This document shows positions 1 through 8,100 of a stretch of DNA of 16,492 nt, one piece after another (position 1 is the stretch's first letter; the number at the start of each line of letters is the position of its first letter). Under the pieces are notes generated by a model. That model was not told where the DNA came from and made no database searches. It worked only from the letters and a program-made list of their open reading frames with translations. The translations under genes and the position numbers were made by a program. The stretch comes from Breznakia sp. PF5-3 (GTDB lineage: Bacteria > Bacillota_I > Bacilli_A > Erysipelotrichales > Erysipelotrichaceae): assembly GCF_029504745.1 (NCBI RefSeq), contig NZ_JAQFIQ010000049.1, positions 1 to 16,492 on the forward strand, given 5' to 3'.

Positions 1-52
1 TTTACACACATAATTGATAGCATACGAAAAATATTAAAAACATACATAATTA

Positions 53-81
53 AAAGGGTGCTCCGTAATGGAACACCCTTT
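53..81. other. Imperfect stem-loop in the 5' flank
   Basis: aaagggtgctcc (53-64) pairs with ggaacacccttt (70-81). 11 of 12 positions are complementary and the loop is 5 nt (gtaat). There is no adjoining T-run on the + strand, so its role (terminator of a gene left of the window, or stability hairpin) is unresolved. Confidence 0.35.
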
Positions 82-96
82 ATGTCAACAGTCTGT

Positions 97-122
97 ACAA
101 TGATATATATCATTGTTTTTTT
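97..122 (+). terminator. Candidate rho-independent terminator (perfect 20-nt AT-rich palindrome plus T-run)
   Basis: acaatgatat/atatcattgt is a perfect inverted repeat (97-116) that runs directly into a T-run ending at 122. It lies upstream of the acyltransferase promoter, so it would terminate a gene left of the window. An operator function is an alternative. Confidence 0.45.
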
Positions 123-173
123 ATTGGATTCCCAGCAAACTTTTACTTTATATATATTTTATATATTAATTTC

Positions 174-182
174 TGTTATAAT
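174..182 (+). promoter_or_regulatory. Candidate extended -10 element for the acyltransferase gene
   Basis: tgttataat (TGn + TATAAT) at 174-182, upstream of SD aaggag (209-214) and the ATG at 220. I saw no convincing -35. Confidence 0.35.
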
Positions 183-219
183 GAATAAAAAATATAGTAA
201 ATCTTTTTAAGGAGAGAAC

Positions 220-1299
220 ATGTCAGAAAATAATAAAATAAGAAATACGTATTGGGATGTGGTCAAAGGAATATCTATTATTTCTATTGTTATTGGGCAT
301 TGCATGCCATTTTTAAGCCGTTTTGTATATTTGTATCATTTAGCTATTTTCATCTTTGTGGGAGGATATTTGTTTAATAATGCAAAGTATTCTAAGGAGC
401 CGTTTACTTTTATAGGAAATAAGTTAAAATCAAATTGGACTAAATATCTTATATATACCATATTGTTTATTATATTACATAATATACTTCTATCTTTAGG
501 TGTATACAATCATGAAGTAGCGATCTTCTATAGCAAGGTGGATATTATTAAATATTCTATCAATACGCTCTTTTTCCAACATATGGAGCCATTAGGAGGA
601 GCGTTATGGTTTATTGTAGTTATTGTATTTACTAGCATTCTTTATTGTTTTATTGTACATTTTAGTAATAAATTAAAAACGCCATTTTTAACGCATAGTT
701 TTCGAATCGCAATTATGTTAATTGGGGCTTTTATAGGTGTTTATTTTGTAAAGAACAATATTGATGTAAATAATCAATTTCAAAAGGTTTTATTAATGTT
801 GCCATTTGCAACTTTAGGAAATTATTGTAATAAGATAAAGAAAGATACATTTAATAAGTTGTTGAATCCAATAATTGGGGGATTAGCATTTTTTGCGTTA
901 TTATACATAGTTTATAAAACAGATTATCAAATAGAAATATCGCGCAATATCATTGGGAATCCTGTCATATTTTATTTAGTGAGTTGTATTGGTATCTTTT
1001 TTGTATTAGTTTTATCAAAATATATAAACTTAATAAAATATAATCCTTTTGCTAAAATAGGCTTTTATAGCTATGACATCATGGCTTTACATTTTTGTGT
1101 ATTTAAACTTATAGATATTATATATTATCAATGGAATCCTTCTATAAACTTGAGTGGATTTCCGTATTCAGTTGTAGAGTTATGGCCACTTTATCTTATA
1201 TTAGGAATTTTATTGCCCATCGTATTTGTCCTTATATTTAAAAGAGTCAAAAACTTTATTGTAAATATATTGGTCAAATTTCAAATTTTGAAAGTATAG
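220..1299 (+). CDS. Membrane acyltransferase, acyltransferase-3 family (O-acyltransferase type)
   Basis: 359-aa ORF with SD aaggag 5 nt upstream. The N-terminus YWDVVKGISIISIVIGHC matches the family hallmark (R/W-D-x-x-K-G, then hydrophobic residues, then H). The rest is about 10 hydrophobic helices, typical of PF01757-type integral membrane acyltransferases. Confidence 0.8.
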   Translation: MSENNKIRNTYWDVVKGISIISIVIGHCMPFLSRFVYLYHLAIFIFVGGYLFNNAKYSKEPFTFIGNKLKSNWTKYLIYTILFIILHNILLSLGVYNHEVAIFYSKVDIIKYSINTLFFQHMEPLGGALWFIVVIVFTSILYCFIVHFSNKLKTPFLTHSFRIAIMLIGAFIGVYFVKNNIDVNNQFQKVLLMLPFATLGNYCNKIKKDTFNKLLNPIIGGLAFFALLYIVYKTDYQIEISRNIIGNPVIFYLVSCIGIFFVLVLSKYINLIKYNPFAKIGFYSYDIMALHFCVFKLIDIIYYQWNPSINLSGFPYSVVELWPLYLILGILLPIVFVLIFKRVKNFIVNILVKFQILKV

Positions 1300-1317
1300 T
1301 TATTATCGTTCGATATT

Positions 1318-1345
1318 TTGGAATATGAAAGGAATATGATACAAT
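1318..1345 (+). promoter_or_regulatory. Candidate sigmaA promoter for the lipoprotein gene
   Basis: -35 ttggaa (1318-1323), 16-nt spacer, -10 tacaat (1340-1345) preceded by TG at 1337-1338 (extended -10). It sits about 55 nt upstream of the ATG at 1402. Confidence 0.45.
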
Positions 1346-1401
1346 TTAAGCATATTAAAAATTTGAACAATAATATAACATATATTTGAAAGGAGAAAGC
1401 A

Positions 1402-1851
1402 ATGCATAAGAAGATTAGTGGCGTAATCGGGATGCTAGCCTTGCTTATTTTAGTAGGGTGCTCAGGAAAGTCTGATATTGGGAAGAAAGTATGTACCATG
1501 AAAGACGATGGGATGAATTATAATATAGAACTTGAATATGATGGTGATAAAATTATCAAAATAAATCATATTCAAAGTTTAAATTTTGTGGAATTAGGAA
1601 GTACAGAAGAAACAGTAAAAGAGGTTACTGATGAAGCGAAGGAAGAGTTGGAGAAGGTAAAAGGAGTTAAATATTCTGCTGAAATTAAAGATGAAGAAGT
1701 AATAGAAACAATTGTCTTAGATCTTGAAAAGGCAGAACTTAGTGAATTGGATTCATCAGGAATATTACTGATTGATGGAGATAATGTAGATTACATATCT
1801 TTAGAGAAGACGCTCGCTAATTATGAAAAAATGGGAATGAAATGCAAGTAA
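1402..1851 (+). CDS. Lipoprotein, DUF1307 / YehR-like family
   Basis: SD aggag 6 nt upstream. The signal peptide MHKKISGVIGMLALLILVGC carries the lipobox L-V-G-C (Cys20). The mature part (YDGDKI..., GVKYSAEI..., LDLEKAELSEL, C-terminal MGMKCK) resembles my recollection of E. coli YehR-type lipoproteins in length and motif order. Confidence 0.75.
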   Translation: MHKKISGVIGMLALLILVGCSGKSDIGKKVCTMKDDGMNYNIELEYDGDKIIKINHIQSLNFVELGSTEETVKEVTDEAKEELEKVKGVKYSAEIKDEEVIETIVLDLEKAELSELDSSGILLIDGDNVDYISLEKTLANYEKMGMKCK

Positions 1852-1872
1852 ACCACGATGAAGTGGTTTTTT
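1850..1872 (+). terminator. Rho-independent terminator after the lipoprotein gene
   Basis: aaaccac (1850-1856) / gtggttt (1863-1869), loop gatgaa, T-run 1867-1872. It overlaps the stop codon. Confidence 0.7.
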
Positions 1873-1882
1873 GTTTGTAGAT

Positions 1883-1899
1883 ATATTTATCATAAATAT
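1883..1899. promoter_or_regulatory. Perfect 8-1-8 palindrome upstream of sodA (candidate operator)
   Basis: atatttat-c-ataaatat at 1883-1899. It abuts a possible -35 ttgtga (1902-1907), with a possible -10 tatata (1926-1931) after an 18-nt spacer. The architecture resembles the 7-1-7 boxes of Fur/PerR-family regulators, but the sequence matches neither consensus. Confidence 0.3.
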
Positions 1900-1977
1900 T
1901 ATTGTGAGCATATTCTTTTATATAGTATATAAAGGGTGCTAGAATAACATATAAGATAAAGATAGGAGGAAATAATT

Positions 1978-2583
1978 ATGAAATTTGAATTAAAAGGCTT
2001 ACCTTATGCATACGATGCTTTGGAACCATACATTGATGAGGAGACGATGCACTTGCATCATGATAAACATCATCAAACGTATGTTAATAACTTGAATGTA
2101 GCTGTGGAGAAACATCCAGAATTGTTTGAAATGAATGTTGAAGATTTACTTAAGAATTTGGATGATGTTCCATCAGATATTCGAGAAGCCGTACGTAATA
2201 ATGGTGGAGGTCATGCAAATCATGAGTTCTTTTGGGATAGTTTAAGTGCTGATGGTGGTAAATTGAATGATAAAATAAAATTTGAAATTGATAATAATTT
2301 TGGTAGTTTTGAGGCTTTCCAAGAAGCTTTTACAAAAGCTGCAACAACTAGATTTGGGTCAGGTTGGGCCTGGTTAGTTAAAACGGGAGACAAACTAGAA
2401 GTGTTATCAACAGCAAATCAAGATTCTCCACTGAGTGATGGAAAAATACCATTGCTTGCACTTGATGTGTGGGAACATGCATATTACTTAAAATATCGTA
2501 ATGTGCGTCCAGACTATATCAAAGCATTCTGGAATATTGTGAATTGGGATGAAGTTACAAAACGTTTTGAAGGTATTGCATAA
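1978..2583 (+). CDS. sodA: Superoxide dismutase, Mn/Fe family
   Basis: 201 aa with SD aggagg 8 nt upstream. The family motifs are present: [23 protein letters not shown], and the metal-ligand motif DVWEHAYYL. Confidence 0.95.
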   Translation: MKFELKGLPYAYDALEPYIDEETMHLHHDKHHQTYVNNLNVAVEKHPELFEMNVEDLLKNLDDVPSDIREAVRNNGGGHANHEFFWDSLSADGGKLNDKIKFEIDNNFGSFEAFQEAFTKAATTRFGSGWAWLVKTGDKLEVLSTANQDSPLSDGKIPLLALDVWEHAYYLKYRNVRPDYIKAFWNIVNWDEVTKRFEGIA

Positions 2584-2584
2584 G

Positions 2585-2612
2585 AAAGGAAGAGACGATC
2601 GTCTCTTCCTTT
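2585..2612. terminator. Bidirectional terminator between the convergent sodA and small minus-strand genes
   Basis: Perfect 28-nt palindrome aaaggaagagacga/tcgtctcttccttt (2585-2612), with A-rich and T-rich flanks. It sits between the sodA stop (2583) and the stop of the minus-strand ORF (2627). Confidence 0.8.
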
Positions 2613-2626
2613 GTGTTTTAAATGAG

Positions 2627-2842
2627 TTATTCTGTTGCATCATAGTCTAATCGTTTCATTAACCAATCATGATATAGGTTAAGTAGGTCTAAGGCAAACA
2701 GCATGGATCCGTGATTCAATTGAATTACGACATCTTGTATATCCATTCCTGGCTGTAAGCGATTAGCAGAATGGGCATCCATGAGTTCTTCCAACACCCC
2801 TGTATCTAGTTCAGCTAAGAAATCGTGAATATCTGGTTTCAA
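2627..2842 (-). CDS. Small acidic hypothetical protein (71 aa from the TTG start; the ORF is open to 2878)
   Basis: The ORF track gives 2627..2878, but a perfect SD aaggagg (complement of 2851-2857) lies 8 nt upstream of an in-frame TTG (complement of 2840-2842). The product would be MKPDIHDFLAELDTGVLEELMDAH...DWLMKRLDYDATE. I recognise no family. It has its own terminator (2585-2612). Confidence 0.5.
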   Translation of the reverse strand: MKPDIHDFLAELDTGVLEELMDAHSANRLQPGMDIQDVVIQLNHGSMLFALDLLNLYHDWLMKRLDYDATE

Positions 2843-2921
2843 TATACTATCCTCCTTTATGATATTATTATATATCAAAATAATTATAAGATGAAGAGTG
2901 ATTGAAAATTCAGTTTATTAC

Positions 2922-2949
2922 TTGTTTTAAATGTTTATATAGATATAAT
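2922..2949 (+). promoter_or_regulatory. Candidate promoter for the 423-aa gene
   Basis: -35 ttgttt (2922-2927), 16-nt spacer, consensus -10 tataat (2944-2949). SD aaggaga at 2961-2967, ATG at 2972. Confidence 0.4.
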
Positions 2950-2971
2950 GGTTTATATATAAGGAGAATAC

Positions 2972-4243
2972 ATGTATACAAAAAAAATGAATGCATTGCG
3001 CTTATTTTTAACTGGAACAATACTAATAGGGCTAGGAATTTTTATCTTAAATACTGGTATTTTTACTTTGCAGGCAATGTTTTATATTTTTGGAATTGCC
3101 TTTTTGGTTGTTGGAATTTCAAATATTTTACGTTTATTTATTAAAAAGATAATTGGTAAAGATACTGCGATTCATATTTCGACAGCACTCATCAATATTG
3201 CGGTAGGAATTGTTATTCTCTTATATCCACAGATGCAAATTTCTTTGTTTGGAATTATTTGTGGGTTGTATGCACTTTTGATAGGAGCAATTCGACTTTT
3301 AAATTATTATATTTTACGTAGAAATGTAGTAACTGGAAGATTGAAAGATTTATTGTTAGGTATTTTGTACATCGGCTTGGGTGGTTTTCTTTTATTCTCT
3401 CCATATTTGTATGTAGATGTTGTCTTAAATATTATAGCTGTATATTTTATATTGTATGGTGGAACATACTATAATGATTGGATTAGTGAAATTATACCAA
3501 ATACAAAGAAGGATTATTTAAAACGAAAAATTAGGATTACAATGCCTGTTTTTATTGAGTTTATGATTCCTAAATTTGTTTTGGATGAAATAAATCAGTT
3601 TTTAACTCCTAGTGATGAAAAAGAAATTGATGCAATTCCTGATTTTGAAGAAATTAAAAGTGATGAAGAACCAGATATTGAAGTATTCGTTCATACCAGT
3701 TCAAAAGGGTTTGGAATGATGGGACATGTGGATATTTGTTTTGAAGGCAAAGTTATTTCTTATGGGAATTATGATACACATAGTCAACGTCTGTTTGAAT
3801 TAATTGGGGATGGAGTGCTCTTTTTTGCGAATCGTGAAGAGTACATTCCTTTTGTAATTAAGGATAGTGAAAAGACGTTGATTAGTTTTGGGATAAAATT
3901 AGACGAAGTACAAAAAGAACAGGTACGTAAAAGGATGGAAGAAATCAAAGCTAATATTTATAAATGGATACCACCATTTTATGTGGGGAGAAATGATTAT
4001 TACGCATCAAGATTGAATTATCATGTTCCAACAGAATTTTATAAGTTTAAGAAAGGAAAGTTTAAAACCTTTTTTGTTTTGGGAACGAATTGTGTATTGC
4101 TTGCGGATCAAATTGTGGGAAGTGCAGGGATTGATATATTGAAAATGAATGGAATTATTACGCCTGGAACATACTATGAATATTTGAATAAAGAGTTTGG
4201 TTCAAAGAATATGTTGGTAATCTCAAAACAGATTTATAATTAA
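2972..4243 (+). CDS. Membrane protein: six HdeD/DUF308-like TM helices fused to a C-terminal putative permuted papain-fold (His...Cys) domain
   Basis: Residues about 1-170 form six glycine-rich helices in the DUF308 repeat style (LIGLGIFIL, GIAFLVVGISNIL, INIAVGIVILL, GLYALLIGAIRLL, ILYIGLGGFLLF, AVYFILYGG). A basic stretch (KKDYLKRKIR) and an acidic linker follow. The roughly 190-aa soluble domain then has GHVDICFEGKVISYGNYD (His252, codon 3725-3727) and later GTNCVLLADQIVG (Cys374, codon 4091-4093). This His-before-Cys order is seen in PPPDE/DeSI, LRAT and YiiX-type permuted NlpC/P60-papain folds. The domain call rests on motifs only. Confidence 0.6.
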   Translation: MYTKKMNALRLFLTGTILIGLGIFILNTGIFTLQAMFYIFGIAFLVVGISNILRLFIKKIIGKDTAIHISTALINIAVGIVILLYPQMQISLFGIICGLYALLIGAIRLLNYYILRRNVVTGRLKDLLLGILYIGLGGFLLFSPYLYVDVVLNIIAVYFILYGGTYYNDWISEIIPNTKKDYLKRKIRITMPVFIEFMIPKFVLDEINQFLTPSDEKEIDAIPDFEEIKSDEEPDIEVFVHTSSKGFGMMGHVDICFEGKVISYGNYDTHSQRLFELIGDGVLFFANREEYIPFVIKDSEKTLISFGIKLDEVQKEQVRKRMEEIKANIYKWIPPFYVGRNDYYASRLNYHVPTEFYKFKKGKFKTFFVLGTNCVLLADQIVGSAGIDILKMNGIITPGTYYEYLNKEFGSKNMLVISKQIYN

Positions 4244-4245
4244 AG

Positions 4246-4273
4246 AGCGCTTTAAAGTTTACTTTGAAGCGCT
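4246..4273 (+). terminator. Hairpin terminator after the 423-aa gene
   Basis: agcgctttaaagt (4246-4258) pairs with actttgaagcgct (4261-4273): 13 bp including one G-U. It is followed by ttcatcattttt, so the T-run is not immediately adjacent. Confidence 0.55.
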
Positions 4274-4309
4274 TTCATCATTTTTCGCTTATAATTGTGA
4301 AAATGTTTA

Positions 4310-4338
4310 TTGAAAAAGTAGGCGTTTTCTAGTATTAT
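4310..4338 (+). promoter_or_regulatory. SigmaA-type promoter of the pur operon
   Basis: -35 ttgaaa (4310-4315), 17-nt spacer, -10 tattat (4333-4338). The predicted transcription start is about 10 nt before riboswitch helix P1. Confidence 0.6.
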
Positions 4339-4355
4339 AGGGGTGTATAAAAAAG

Positions 4356-4424
4356 TACTTGTATAATAGTTGTGATATGGTCAACAAGTTTCTACCTGAC
4401 TCCGTTATTGTCAGACTACAAGTA
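4356..4424 (+). promoter_or_regulatory. Purine riboswitch aptamer, guanine/hypoxanthine class (C at the specificity position)
   Basis: P1 is tacttgta (4356-4363) / tacaagta (4417-4424). The conserved cores are present: tataat...gatatgg (L2), aagtttctac (J2/3), P3 ctgac/gtcag with loop tccgttatt, and J3/1 gaCtac. The C (4416) corresponds to C74 of the xpt G-box; adenine-class aptamers have U there. The element sits upstream of purE, as expected. Confidence 0.9.
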
Positions 4425-4600
4425 GGCAAACTGTTCGTAGAAAAAAGATGGGTGCTTTTTTATTTTGGTGATCTTGTAGGAGGTAAATAAATGCGCAAAA
4501 TCTTATACGGGACAGTTTCTACAAGTACAATTGAATCTTTTTTAGTCTAGTGGTGGAGTGTATCAAAACCGCGTTTTTTTATTTTTGGGAGGTATGAAAA

Positions 4601-5098
4601 ATGGTACAAGTAAGCATTGTTATGGGAAGTAAAAGTGATTTAGGTGTTATGGAAAACTGTATGGATATGTTGAAAGAATTTGAAATCGGATATGAAGTGA
4701 GAATCTTATCAGCACATCGTACGCCTGTGGAATCTCATGAATATGCAGTAGGATTGAGGGAGCGAGGAATCAAGGTTGTGATTGCTGCTGCTGGAGGTGC
4801 TGCACATCTTGCTGGTGTAATTGCTGGGACAACAACGTTGCCCGTAATTGGTGTGCCAATTGAAACCAAAGCACTTGGGGGAATGGATTCCCTTCTATCG
4901 ATTGTGCAAATGCCCAAAGGCATTCCGGTTGCAACTGTTGCAATAGGAAAAGCTGGGGCTGCAAATGCAGCGATTTTGGCAGCTCAAATTCTAGGAGTAA
5001 GTGATCATGTAATGGCAGAAAAGATGAGTGAATATAAAAAGACAATGGCATCAAAAGTATTGGCAGATACAGATGTAGAAACATATATGGGGAAATAA
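4601..5098 (+). CDS. purE: 5-(carboxyamino)imidazole ribonucleotide mutase (PurE, class I-like motifs)
   Basis: 165 aa with SD gggagg (4587-4592) 8 nt upstream. Motifs: IVMGSKSD, SAHRTP, AAGGAAHLAGV, SIVQMPKGIPVATVAIGKAGAANAA. Confidence 0.95.
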   Translation: MVQVSIVMGSKSDLGVMENCMDMLKEFEIGYEVRILSAHRTPVESHEYAVGLRERGIKVVIAAAGGAAHLAGVIAGTTTLPVIGVPIETKALGGMDSLLSIVQMPKGIPVATVAIGKAGAANAAILAAQILGVSDHVMAEKMSEYKKTMASKVLADTDVETYMGK

Positions 5099-5100
5099 CG

Positions 5101-8100
5101 ATGAAAAAGAGAATCTTTGTAAGTAAAAAGGAAAAATATAATATTGAAGCAGTAGCCCTTTGTGAAGAATTTACACAAACGTTGGGAATTGAAAGTATAA
5201 AAAATGTAGTTTTATATAATGTGTATGATGTTTTTCATGCCGATGCACAAGATATAGAACTGTTGAAAACAAAAGTGCTAGCAGAAGTAGTTACGGATAA
5301 TGTATATGAAGAATTAGCACTTGATGGAAAAACATACATTGCTTATGAAAGTCTTCCTGGTCAATATGACCAAAGAAGTGATAGTGCACAAGTTTGTTTG
5401 ATGTTACTTAATAATAAGCAAGATGTGGTTGTGAAAAGTGGAAAGATTGTTGTTTTAGAAGGGGATCTAAAACAAGCAGAAATTCATCAGGTTAAAGATT
5501 ATTTAATTAATCCTGTTGAAATGCACGAAAAGGATTTAAGTATTTTAGAAAACGATGAAGATGTAACAATTGAACCGGTTGCCATCTTAGAAGGGTTTAC
5601 AACATTAAGTGAAACAGATCTTAAAGCATATCGTGATGCAGAAGGTTTGGCGATGACCTATGAAGATTTGGCGTTTATTCAAAAGTATTTTAAAGAGGAA
5701 GAAAAACGGGATCCAAGTATTACAGAGATAAAAGTATTGGATACGTATTGGTCAGATCATTGTCGTCATACAACATTTGAAACGGTATTGAAATCAATTG
5801 TAATTGAAAAAGGTAAGTTTAAGGACCAACTTCAAAATGCATATGAGTTATTTTTGAAATTAAATGCAGAAGCAAATAAAAAAGATAAACCAATTACGCT
5901 TATGAATATGGCGACTATTGGTGGTAAGTATTTACGTAAAATTGGATTGTTGGATGATTTGGAAGTCAGCGATGAAATCAATGCTTGTAGTATTGAGATA
6001 AAAGTTGATGTAGATGGTAAAGATGAAGATTATTTGTTGATGTTTAAAAATGAAACACATAATCATCCTACAGAGATTGAACCATTTGGTGGTGCAAGTA
6101 CTTGTATTGGTGGTGCAATCCGTGATCCATTATCAGGAAGAAGCTATGTATATCAAGCAATGCGTATTACAGGAGCAGGAGATATCACAAAGGATATCAA
6201 AGATACGTTACCAAATAAGTTAGCTCAGAGTGTGATTTCAAAGACGGCAGCTCAAGGATATTCATCTTATGGAAATCAAATTGGTTTGGCTACGACATAT
6301 GTGAAAGAATTGTTTGATGAAGGATATGTTGCCAAACGTATGGAAGTAGGAGCAGTTGTTGGCGCCGCACCAAAAGAGAATGTTGTACGTTTAAAACCAC
6401 AACCAGGTGATATTGTTGTATTGCTTGGTGGTGACACAGGACGTGATGGAATTGGTGGAGCAACTGGTTCTAGTAAAGAACACAATGAGACTTCACTAAC
6501 GAAATGTTCAAGTGAGGTACAAAAAGGAAATGCTCCGATTGAACGTAAATTACAACGTTTGTTTAGGAATCCTTCATGTACAAAGTTAATTAAAAAAGCA
6601 AATGATTTTGGAGCAGGTGGAGTGAGTGTAGCCATTGGTGAATTAGCAGATGGAATTCATATCGATTTGGATAAGGTTCCTACGAAATATGCAGGACTTA
6701 ATGGAACAGAATTAGCTATCAGTGAATCACAAGAGCGTATGGCTTGTGTGATTGATCCAAGCGATTATGAAACCTTTCAACAATATGCATATGATGAAAA
6801 TTTAAATACTTATATCGTAGCAACCGTAAGTGATGATAATCGTTTAGTGATGAAGTTTAAGGGTGAAACAATTGTTGATATTGCAAGAAGTTTCTTAGAT
6901 ACCAATGGAGTTCGTACTTCCCAAGATGTAATCATTGAAGATTATACAGCTAAAGAAGAGGATCCATTTGCACCTAAACAAATGCATATTTTAGAAAACT
7001 TGAAGCAAGACAATGTTGCATCACAACGTGGTTTGGTGGAAATGTTTGATGCAACAATTGGGAAATCAACAGTTCTTATGCCATATGGTGGACGCTATCA
7101 ATTGAGTGAAAGTGAAGCAAGTGTACAAAAGGTACCAGTTTTTGGTTTCACGAATACAACCAGTGTTATGAGTTATGGATATCATCCAAAACTTAGTACA
7201 TATTCACCATATTTAGGTGGAGCATACAGTGTTGTAGAAGCGCTGGCTAAGCTTGTTGCAGTAGGTGCTAGTTATGAACATGCACGGTTATCTTGCCAAG
7301 AGTATTTTGAACGTTTGAATCAAGACCCAAAAGCTTGGGGAAAACCAACGCAAGCACTACTGGGGTTAATTGAAGCCCAATATGAATTTCAAACACCAGC
7401 AATTGGTGGAAAAGATAGTATGAGTGGTACTTATAAAGATATTCATGTACCTCCAACATTGATTACGTTTGCTGTTACGAGTGAGAATGTAAATAACATT
7501 ATCTCTAGTGATTTCAAAAAAGAAGGACATTATATTTATCTTGTGAAGCATCCAATGCACAATAATTACATGCCAAACTATGAAGCGTTGAAAAAGAACT
7601 TTAAGAAAGTGAAGCAACTTATTGATGAAAATATTATTTTATCAGCTTCAACAGTAAAATTTGGTGGTATTGCTGAAAGTTTATGTAAGATGAGCTTTGG
7701 TAATAAAATAGGTGTTTCTGTACAAGCGGATGAAGATATTTATAACTTATCAATCGGTAGTTTTGTAGTTGAAACAACAGAGCAAATCACAGCAGAGAAC
7801 TTCATTTTGTTGGGAGAAACAACAAAATCTAAAAATATTTTCATTAATGGTGATACAGTTGAAATAGATGATGCTATTGATGCATGGGAAGAACGCTATC
7901 ATAAATTATACCCAACTGTTGTGAATGAGGATAAACCAACAATTAGCACGCCTCTTTATGAAGCGAATGAAATAAGGAAGAATACGAAGAAAATAGATAA
8001 ACCAAAAGTTATTATTACGGTTTTCCCGGGAAATAACTGTGAGTATGATTGTAAGGCTGCATTTGAAAGAGCAGGGGCAGAAGCTGAAATTTATGTGTTT

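Noticed and set aside
1281-1499. 72-aa minus-strand ORF spanning the acyltransferase 3' end, the intergenic promoter and the lipoprotein 5' end
   Set aside because: It lies antisense to two well-supported genes and their promoter, has no SD, and its sequence is low-complexity and hydrophobic, as expected from AT-rich antisense reading.
2902-3144. 80-aa plus-strand ORF overlapping the start of the 423-aa gene
   Set aside because: It begins inside the promoter region without an SD and is out of frame with the much longer SD-preceded ORF at 2972. Its composition (Y/F/N/C-rich) looks like a frame artefact.
4244-4345. PurR PurBox (AWWWCCGAACWWT) near the pur promoter
   Set aside because: There is no CCGAAC/GTTCGG core in the promoter region. 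The only GTTCG (about 4434-4438) lies downstream of the aptamer and deviates from the consensus.
4456-4461. T-run after the aptamer as the riboswitch terminator
   Set aside because: The preceding gatgggtgc has no complementary 5' arm anywhere between the aptamer and the T-run, even allowing G-U pairs, so no terminator helix can be drawn.
4440-4600. A second independent riboswitch (ZTP/pfl or PRPP type) or a T-box in the long leader
   Set aside because: The conserved cores I remember (for example ...ccgcctgggc of ZTP, or a T-box specifier/T-box sequence) are absent. Only fragments similar to the purine aptamer itself are present.
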